DNA from: Polyangiaceae bacterium UTPRO1 | Lineage (GTDB): Bacteria; Desulfobacterota; Binatia; UTPRO1 | Direction: 5' to 3' | DNA: 64,000 nucleotides | NCBI GenBank assembly: GCA_002050235.1 | Contig: MWST01000001.1 | Span: 4,243 to 68,242 of the forward strand | Shown: one piece after another, positions 1 to 9,611 of the stretch | Position numbering within the stretch: the stretch's first letter is position 1 | Layout of the letters: every line of letters begins with the position of its first letter | Notes under the pieces: model-generated | The model's input: the letters and a program-made list of their open reading frames with translations, nothing else | What the model was told of the DNA's origin: nothing | The model's database searches: none | Translations under genes and position numbers: made by a program

Positions 1-651
<651 letters not shown>

Positions 652-942
652 GCGGCGCAACGGCTTCAGACCTGCCAGGCCGCGAGACCTACGGCCGAAA
701 GCAGGCGCTCGGCGGTCTCGTCCGCGACGACGTCCGGAGGAATGTTGCGCTCGCGATTCTCCCGCTCCATCGAGAAACCGAGGATAGTGCATGGCCACGC
801 AAATTGAACGCTTTTTCTGCAGCGACGCGCCAGAGTCTCTTCCCGCTCACTCCTCGGGTCGCGAACGAGCCGGCGCGCTCTCGAACGCTGCTCGACATCG
901 CCGCGTTGACACGATCGCCGCACCATCGCACTGTCGCGCGCC

Positions 943-2471
943 ATGTCGCGCCTGGTGTCCGTCGCGCTCACGATCTCGTCGGGGGCGCTCTACGGCCTCA
1001 GCTACCCGACCGCGCGCCTCCAGCTGCTCGCGTGGGTCGCGCTCGTACCGTTCTTCCTGGCGCTGCGCGGTGCGAGACTCGGCTGGAGCCTCGTATTGGG
1101 GTGGCTCTGGACGACGTCGGCCGCCTGGGCGGTGGGTGATTGGTTCGCGACCGCGGTCGCGCGCTACTACCAGCAGCCGCTCGTAGTCGGCCTCGGGTTC
1201 TTCGTCGGCGTCTCGGGCCTGATGGCGGCGCCGTTCTACATGACGTTCGCGGCCGCGTACCGGACGCTCGTCCGCCGCTCGGCACCGACGACCCCGTTGG
1301 TGGTCGCTGCCGCGTGGGTGGCCGCCGAGCTCGCGCGCACGCGGCTGGCCGGAAATCCGTGGGCGCTGTTCGGGTACTCCCAGATGGGCATCGATACCCT
1401 CGTGCAGGTCGCCGATCTCGCCGGCGTGTACGGCGTGACCTTCGTCCTCGTGGCGGTGAACGCGGCGCTCGCGCAGCTCCTGGTCGCCCGCGGCGGAGAG
1501 CGTCGCGCGGCGGTGCTGAGCGGCATGCTGACGATCGGCGTCGCGGGCGCCGTCCTCGCCTACGGATCGTGGCGTCTGGCCGCGGCGGAGGACTCGGGGC
1601 GGCCCGCCGAGATGGTCAGGGTCGGCATGGTCCAGGCGAACCTCGAGATCGGCGCCCTCTGGAATGCCGATGACTACGGCCGGAACCTGGACGTGTACCT
1701 CCAGCTCACCAAGGACCTGTTGCGTACGAATCCTCCGCCGATCGTCTTCTGGCCGGAAAGCGCGCTGACGTTCTTCCTCGAGGACGAGCCGCTCTACCGG
1801 GCGGCCATTGCCCGTGTGTTGGCGCCGCACGGGGCGGAGCTCGTCGCCGGGGGGCCGCGAGCGGACGGGGCCGAGTCGCACACGTACTACAATTCGGCCT
1901 TCCACATTTCTCCGACGGGCAGGATTCTCGGCGTGTACGACAAGCAGCGACTCGTGCCGTTCGCGGAGTACTTCCCGTGGCGTTCTCTGGAGCTGTTACG
2001 GCGTCGCTTTGCACGCGTTCGGGAGTTTACCGCGGGGGCATCGCAGCCGCCGTTCCGGACGGCAGCGGGCCCCGCCGGCGTCACGATCTGCAACGAGGCG
2101 ATGTTTCCCGAGATCGCGTCCGAGCGTGTGCGGGAAGGAGCGCGCTTCCTCGTCGATCCGGCGCACGACACCTGGCTGACGCCGCGCTTCTCGGCGCAGC
2201 AATTCGACATCGTCCGGCTCCGGGCCGTCGAGCAGCGCCGCTGGCTCGTCCGGGCTTCGACGTCCGGGCCGTCAGCGGTGGTCGATCCCTGGGGGCGGGT
2301 GATCGTTAGCACCGCGTTCGAGACGCGCACCGCCGTCACCGGCAGGATCATCCCTCGGGACGATGTAACGCCCTACCACCGCGTCGGGGACGCCTTCGCC
2401 GCGGGCTGTACGCTCGTCGCGATCGCCGCGTGGCTGCGCGGCCGTCGGCGCTCCGGCGCCGGGTCCGCGCG

Positions 2472-2493
<22 letters not shown>
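943..2493 (+). CDS. lnt: Apolipoprotein N-acyltransferase
   Basis: 516-aa ORF with a polytopic N-terminal membrane region followed by a CN-hydrolase domain (WPESALTFFLEDEP, VTICNEAMFPE, LVPFAEYFP). Size and architecture are typical of Lnt. Confidence 0.9.
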
Positions 2494-3917
<1,424 letters not shown>

Positions 3918-3985
3918 CGTAGCGTATATCGGCGTCGTCGGGCGGAAGGCAATGCGCCGTCGCGACCGCTGCGCGCTGCTGCCCG

Positions 3986-6712
3986 TCAGGCGGCGCGCGA
4001 GCGGGCGTGCGGCACCGGGAGACGCACGACGACGGTCGTCCCGCGGTCGGGAATGCTCGTGGCTTCGATCGTTCCCCCGTGGCTGCGTACCGCGCCGTAG
4101 GCGATGCTCATGCCGAGCCCCGTGCCACGCCCGACGGTCTTCGTCGTGAAGAAGGGGTCGAAGATCCTGTTCAGCACTTCCCGACTCATGCCGCAGCCGC
4201 TATCGGCGATGCGGATCTCGACCCAGCGGGCGGTTTCCGACGGGAGGGCGCTCGGGCGGTCCTCCCGACCCTCGACGCGGATGTGGAGCCGGCGTTCGGC
4301 TCGACCGTCGAGCGCATCGAGCGCGTTGGACAGGAGGTTCATCCACACTTGGCTCAGCTGGCCGGCGTGCGCCGCGATGAGCGGCGGGTCGAGGTACTCC
4401 CTGGCCACGTCGACGTCGCCGGCGGTGATGCGATCCCCGAGCAGCCGCAGCGAGGCCTCGATGCCGGCCACGACGTCCGTCGGCTTGCGCTCTCCATGCT
4501 CGGCGCGCACGAATACCCGGAGGTCCGCGACGATCGACTTGATGCGCTCGGAGCCTTCGGCGCAGATGCGAAGCAGCTCGGGCGTCTCACGGAGGAGGTA
4601 GTCGAGCCGAGTCTCGTTACGAACGGCGGCGATCGCCTCGCGGAGCTCCGGTCGGGAGGCGGCGAGCGCCTCGTACCGCTGCAGGGCATATATGAAGGCG
4701 TCGAGGTACTCGACGAGATTGGCGAGCCCGCCGTGCACGAAGCTCGCGGGGTTGTTGAGCTCGTGCGCGACGCCTGCCACCAGTTGTCCGAGCGAGGCCA
4801 GCTTCTCGCTCTGGACCAGTTGCGACTGTGCCGCGCGGATCTGTCGATACGCTTCACTGAGCTCGGTGTTGGACGCGGCGAGCTCGGCGTTGGACGCGGC
4901 GAGCTCGGCGGTGCGTTGGGCCACCTTGGCTTCGAGCTGAGCATTGAGCGCGGCGACCTCGCGGAACGAATGCGCGTTCTGGAGCGCAATTGCCGTCTGC
5001 GCGGCCAGGGTCTGGAGGAGCGCCACGTCCTCGGCGTCGAACCGACGCCCGGAGCGCTTCGCCGCGACACCGATGGCTCCGATGGTCCGATCCGCGATGG
5101 CGAGCGGTACGAGGACGCGCGCCGCGAGCGCGTGCGCCAACTCCCGAAGATACGCGGGGAGGCGCGTCGCGTCGTCGTCGTCATCCGCGTCGTCGGGAAC
5201 GACCAGCACCTGTCGCGGCAGCGGCGCGTCGATCCAGGCATCGGCTCCGGGAGGATGGTCGAGCGGAGCCATACCGCCCGTCCGGGGATCGTAGCGCCAG
5301 TAGGCGGTCGCGTCGCCGAACGCCAAGACCACGCGTGCGCCGCCGACCTGCAGTCCCTCTACCAGGGCGCGACCGACGCGGCTCAGGATCTCGTCGCGAT
5401 CCAGCACCGACGTGAGCGCGGCGCTCACGTCGCCGACGGTACGGCGGTAGTCGGGCCGACCGCGGAAGAAAGTCCGATCGACTACGCGTTGGACGCGCTC
5501 GCGGAAGGGCTGGAGCACGAACGCCATCAGCACCACGAAGGCGATCGTGACGAGCGGGGACACGTGCTCGTCACTCGGCGCCAGCCAACCGACGGCGGCG
5601 AGGCTGCCCGCATATCCGCCGGTGATCGCCAAGGTGAGCACCGCGTAGACGACCGCCTGCCGGACCAGGCGGTCGATGGCGAAGAGATCGTGGCGCAGGA
5701 TCGCGTAGCCGACCGACAGGTAGAAGAATGCCGGACCCAGGGCGATCAGGTTCATGAGGAAGTCGCCGCCCCCGCGAGAGATGTTGAGGAAGCCGTACAG
5801 GGCGACCACCGTTCCCACGACGAGACCCGGCAGGACCGCGTGGAGGGTCGAACGGACCTGCGGGCTGCGATCCTCGACATAGGCCCACGTCGCGAGCGCG
5901 ATCAAGGTGACGATGGCGAGGGCCGTGAAGTAGTAGGAGCAATACAAGCCGGTCAGGGCCGGGGGCTCCGCGTAGAAGCCGACGATCGCCCAAGCGGCGA
6001 TGGCCAGAGCGAGGACGTAGGGGACGGCGATCCATTCCGGTCGGCGCGCGACGAAGCGCCGCTCGACCGGGAAGACCAGCCCCAGATGGATGAACGCAGC
6101 GGGAAACGCCGCCTGCATCAGCAGGTGGAGCGGCGACAACCACCAGAGGCTCGGCCCGTAGAGAGCCGCACCCGTGAGGGCAAAGACTCCCGTGCATACG
6201 CCCTGTACGAGGAACGCCCGCGCCGCCCGCGTGCGCGGCTGGAGGATGCCGACCGCGACCCCGGTGCCGATCGAGGTCAGCGCGAAGACTAGATAGAGTC
6301 CGACCGTGAGCCAGTAGTCGCGGCCGCCGAATCGCATGGTCGCGACGGTGAGCGTCGTCGTACGGCCGCCTTTGGCGAAGGTGTAGCGCACGGGAGTGCC
6401 GGGCGGCCGCACGCTGGTGTACGCGTATACCGCGCGGCTCGAAGCGACCGGCACGTCTTCCACGGCGACGACCTGAGCGTGAAAGGGGACGTGCGCTTCG
6501 ATGCCGGTCCACCCGGGGAGGCCGATGGTCGGCACCAGGCGATTGCCCATCACGAAGAACCCGGGGAACGTGCGTCCGGGCCAGTGCAGCGTGTCGACCG
6601 CCGCCACGACGACGATCGGGACGGCGAGCGCCGCGAGGGTCAGCGCCGGCCAACGTTCGCGCAGCCATCGGCGATGGTGACGACCGATCATCGAATGCTC
6701 GTGGCCTAGCAC
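3986..6712 (-). CDS. Multi-pass membrane sensor histidine kinase with GAF domain
   Basis: 908-aa ORF with an N-terminal periplasmic segment, about 10 hydrophobic helices, a GAF-like region and a coiled-coil linker. It also has a HisKA H-box (GVAHELNNP) and a HATPase_c domain (NLLSNALDA...DSGCGM...GTGLGM). It lies 68 bp upstream of the response regulator on the same strand. The start could be 6712 or the Met at 6691. Confidence 0.85.
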   Translation of the reverse strand: MLGHEHSMIGRHHRRWLRERWPALTLAALAVPIVVVAAVDTLHWPGRTFPGFFVMGNRLVPTIGLPGWTGIEAHVPFHAQVVAVEDVPVASSRAVYAYTSVRPPGTPVRYTFAKGGRTTTLTVATMRFGGRDYWLTVGLYLVFALTSIGTGVAVGILQPRTRAARAFLVQGVCTGVFALTGAALYGPSLWWLSPLHLLMQAAFPAAFIHLGLVFPVERRFVARRPEWIAVPYVLALAIAAWAIVGFYAEPPALTGLYCSYYFTALAIVTLIALATWAYVEDRSPQVRSTLHAVLPGLVVGTVVALYGFLNISRGGGDFLMNLIALGPAFFYLSVGYAILRHDLFAIDRLVRQAVVYAVLTLAITGGYAGSLAAVGWLAPSDEHVSPLVTIAFVVLMAFVLQPFRERVQRVVDRTFFRGRPDYRRTVGDVSAALTSVLDRDEILSRVGRALVEGLQVGGARVVLAFGDATAYWRYDPRTGGMAPLDHPPGADAWIDAPLPRQVLVVPDDADDDDDATRLPAYLRELAHALAARVLVPLAIADRTIGAIGVAAKRSGRRFDAEDVALLQTLAAQTAIALQNAHSFREVAALNAQLEAKVAQRTAELAASNAELAASNTELSEAYRQIRAAQSQLVQSEKLASLGQLVAGVAHELNNPASFVHGGLANLVEYLDAFIYALQRYEALAASRPELREAIAAVRNETRLDYLLRETPELLRICAEGSERIKSIVADLRVFVRAEHGERKPTDVVAGIEASLRLLGDRITAGDVDVAREYLDPPLIAAHAGQLSQVWMNLLSNALDALDGRAERRLHIRVEGREDRPSALPSETARWVEIRIADSGCGMSREVLNRIFDPFFTTKTVGRGTGLGMSIAYGAVRSHGGTIEATSIPDRGTTVVVRLPVPHARSRAA
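4868..4909 (-). repeat. Perfect 21-bp tandem duplication inside the kinase signalling helix (encodes AELAASN x2)
   Basis: On the plus strand gttggacgcggcgagctcggc occurs at 4868-4888 and again at 4889-4909 without a mismatch. Its reverse complement translates to AELAASN AELAASN, followed by a degenerate third copy (TELSEA). Confidence 0.9.
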
Positions 6713-6918
6713 TTAGCAACCGGCGCGCCCATGAGCGGCCCGAGGGTTGGCGACGATGCCCGGCTGCGTGCCAGCGCGCTCCCGAGGTTGTCAAGTCGGC
6801 AAGACGCCCGGCGGCGGCAGCCGGTGCGCACCGTTGCGACAGCTCGACCTCCGCAGGTGTGCGGATCTTCGCACACGCGCCGTGGCGAAAGCCGCGCCAA
6901 CGCCGCGTCCTCGCACGG

Positions 6919-6932
6919 GGCACGGACCTTGC
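6919..6932 (+). promoter_or_regulatory. Candidate sigma54 (-24/-12) promoter element GGCACG-N4-TTGC
   Basis: The sequence gGGCACGgaccTTGCg matches the TGGCACG-N4-TTGCW core at 10 of 10 core positions, in the intergenic region next to a sigma54 activator operon. Caveat: it ends only 14 nt before the ATG at 6946, which implies a nearly leaderless mRNA, and it would sit inside the ORF if the longer 6859 start is real. Confidence 0.3.
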
Positions 6933-6945
6933 GACGGCGCTGCGC

Positions 6946-7947
6946 ATGGCCGTGAATGGCGACGACCTGAATAGGCTCATCGAGCTCACGTATGCGGGTG
7001 TCGAGGACGGCGCTCAGTGGAGCGCGCTCCTGACGCAGCTCGCCCGCGCGCTGCATGCGGAACGGGTCGAGGTGGAGTCCGAGCCCGACCCCGGGAGGGC
7101 TCCGATGTCCGGCGTCCGCTCGGCGACGGGCTTTCGTTTCGAGGACGACGCGAGCGATCCCCGGATGCTGCGTTGCGCGCTGGTTTCGTGCGGGGAGGCG
7201 ACGACGCTGACGGTCAGGTGGACCGCCGCCGGACCGGCAGGCTCGGCGCGCGCCGTCCGCCTGTGCCGTGCCCTGTTGCCCCACCTCGCCCGCGCCCGAC
7301 ATCTGCACCGACGCGTCTCGGCGGTGGAAGCGGGGCGCGAGGCTGCCGAGGCCGTGCTCGAATTCCTCCCGCTCGGCATCGTGTTGCTCGGGCCCGACGG
7401 CCGCGTCGTCGGGCTGAACTGCCGCGCCGCCGACCTCCTCGACCGACGCGACGGGCTGACGATCGCCGGTGGGCGGCTGAGCGCGCATCCCGCCGCAGTC
7501 GATGCCGAGCTGCGGCGACTGTGCGGCATGGCCGGATCCGGTGGCGTGCTGTCGATCCGCCGGCGATCGTGCGTGCAGCCGCTGTCGTTGACGGTCGTTC
7601 CGCTGGGCGCCGCTCCGGGCGCGGATCGCCGCTGCGAGCGACCGGCGGCGGTCGCCTTCCTCGGCGATCCCGACGTCAAGCTCAGACCGCTCTCCGGCGT
7701 GCTGGCGACGCTCTACGGGCTGACGCCGAGAGAGGCGTCCATCGTCGCCAGGCTCGTGGACGGCGAGACCGTGGCCGACATCTCACGATCGTTGGACGTC
7801 ACCTTGAATACGGTGCGGACGCATCTGAAGCGCGCTTACTCGAAGACGGGAACCAGCGGGCAGAGCAGCCTGCTCCGCCTGGTGCTCCTCGGAGTGAGCC
7901 TGGCGCAGTGTCACCCGATTGCGGGTCGCCGCAGCCGGGCCGCGTGA
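6946..7947 (+). CDS. LuxR-family transcriptional regulator
   Basis: C-terminal LuxR/GerE HTH (LTPREASIVARLVDGETVADISRSLDVTLNTVRTHLKRAYSKTGTSGQSSLLRLV). The N-terminal ~250 aa is an uncharacterised sensory region. The start is uncertain: the ORF track starts at 6859, and I prefer the ATG at 6946 (MAVNGDDLNRLIELTY). Confidence 0.8.
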   Translation: MAVNGDDLNRLIELTYAGVEDGAQWSALLTQLARALHAERVEVESEPDPGRAPMSGVRSATGFRFEDDASDPRMLRCALVSCGEATTLTVRWTAAGPAGSARAVRLCRALLPHLARARHLHRRVSAVEAGREAAEAVLEFLPLGIVLLGPDGRVVGLNCRAADLLDRRDGLTIAGGRLSAHPAAVDAELRRLCGMAGSGGVLSIRRRSCVQPLSLTVVPLGAAPGADRRCERPAAVAFLGDPDVKLRPLSGVLATLYGLTPREASIVARLVDGETVADISRSLDVTLNTVRTHLKRAYSKTGTSGQSSLLRLVLLGVSLAQCHPIAGRRSRAA

Positions 7948-7959
7948 TCCTCGTCGTCA

Positions 7960-9513
7960 TCATGTCCGGCCGTCGCCATGGCGCGCGTGCGCCGGCCCGT
8001 GTGCCTTCCGGTCCGGGACGCCATCCTGTAGCGGCAGGCGTTCCTCCGGCGGCACCAGCTCCGCGAAGGGCCCGAGCTGCCGCTCGTACTCGCGGTGGTA
8101 GAAAGCCGGGACGTCGCTGGCCTTACCTTCGTGGAAGGCGCGCAGCGCCGGATCGCTGCGCAGGCGCTCGCGCAGGCGGCGGAAGGCGTCGAGGCGGCGC
8201 CGCTTCACCCGAGTCCGGACGAGATGGGCGAGCGCTACGAACCGCGACCGCGCCGTGCGTAGGCGACGAAGCAGCATCGACGTCGACGTGAAATACGCGA
8301 ACATCTCGATGAGATGATCGTAGTAGGCGATCGGGTCGTAGTGGCGCGGAACGATCGCTAGGTAAGGCGAATAGTAGAAGTGGAAGGGGAGCGTCGTCAG
8401 CACACGCCCCTCGGCCCGTAACCGATCGGCGTAGGGGGTGCCGCCGAACGGGTGCGGCAGGTTCACCACTGGCCAGACGAACGGCGTCCGCCGCATGAAA
8501 TCCAGGGTGAGCCGTACCGGGTCGCGGCCGATGTCGTCGTCGAGCCCGAACATGAAGTTCGCTTGCACGTACGGAACGTGCTCGTGGAGGTCGGAGAAAT
8601 GTGCGGCGAGACGCTCCACCTTCCGCGCGCCGGACGAGCGCGGCGCTCCCGACTTCGAGCCGTAGCTCGTCCACGATTCGACGCCCGGCGCCGCCATTGC
8701 GCAATTGGTCGCGGCGAGGCGGGGGAGGCGCTCCGGGCGCAGGACGGCAAGCGAGGCCTCCATGATGTAGGCCGGCCTTCGCTCGGGAGGAGCGGCGGCG
8801 AGCACGTCGAGCACGTCGTCGAAGCGCACCGCGAAATTGGGATCGTGGAAGGACACCATGGCGCCGGGGATCTCACGGGCGACGGTGGCGAGATCGACCG
8901 CTAGACGTTCCGAGGGCAGTTGCACGTACGGGGTGTCCCAGTCGATGCAGAAATCGCACGCGTACGGACACCCCGTGCTCGCGAGCAGCGGGATGGTGGT
9001 GGATGCGTACGGCCGGCCGAGGAGGAAGGCTGACGCCCGAATCTCGGGCATGCGCTCGGCGACGGTCGGGAGCTCGCGCGGCGGCTTGCTCGAGACGACG
9101 ACGCCGCGGTCGTGCTCGCTGCGCACGAGCTGACCCACGAGATCCTCGTCGCATTCCTGGACGACGACGTCGAAGAAGCGCAGACAATCGGTCGGGAACG
9201 ATCGCGCGTGGGGACCACCGACGATCGTACGAACGCCGTCGCGGCGATAGAGGCGGGCGAGCGCATAGGCGAGCCCGCTCGCCTGCGTGTAGGTGGCGAT
9301 GAAGACGACATCGAGATCGTTCGGAAGCAGTCGCCGGGGATCGCCGTGTCCCCAGTAGGCGGCGTAGGCGGTGCGGTGGCCGTACCGGCGGCACCAAACG
9401 GCGATTGCCTGCGGCATGATGCTCGCGTACTGCTTCGTGAGCACCAGGCCGTAGGCCCGGTCCGCGAGCGTTGCCGCCGGCGTCGTCAAGAGATCGAGGA
9501 TGCCGACACGCAT
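7960..9513 (-). CDS. B12-binding-domain radical SAM protein
   Basis: N-terminal Rossmann-like B12-binding-type region (MRVGILDLL...DVVFIATYTQ...IVGGPHA) followed by a radical SAM CX3CX2C cluster motif (GCPYACDFC). I moved the start to the ATG at 9513. The upstream 84 codons of the track ORF are Arg-rich and overlap the divergent promoter region. Confidence 0.8.
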   Translation of the reverse strand: MRVGILDLLTTPAATLADRAYGLVLTKQYASIMPQAIAVWCRRYGHRTAYAAYWGHGDPRRLLPNDLDVVFIATYTQASGLAYALARLYRRDGVRTIVGGPHARSFPTDCLRFFDVVVQECDEDLVGQLVRSEHDRGVVVSSKPPRELPTVAERMPEIRASAFLLGRPYASTTIPLLASTGCPYACDFCIDWDTPYVQLPSERLAVDLATVAREIPGAMVSFHDPNFAVRFDDVLDVLAAAPPERRPAYIMEASLAVLRPERLPRLAATNCAMAAPGVESWTSYGSKSGAPRSSGARKVERLAAHFSDLHEHVPYVQANFMFGLDDDIGRDPVRLTLDFMRRTPFVWPVVNLPHPFGGTPYADRLRAEGRVLTTLPFHFYYSPYLAIVPRHYDPIAYYDHLIEMFAYFTSTSMLLRRLRTARSRFVALAHLVRTRVKRRRLDAFRRLRERLRSDPALRAFHEGKASDVPAFYHREYERQLGPFAELVPPEERLPLQDGVPDRKAHGPAHARHGDGRT

Positions 9514-9611
9514 TCGGAGCACGTTATTTTGTTTTGTGCCGGCTGACGCCCGTGCTAGGTTCCACGCCCGACCGGAGTAATTCGCCAGCACTACACCAGG
9601 GACCCCGCTGC

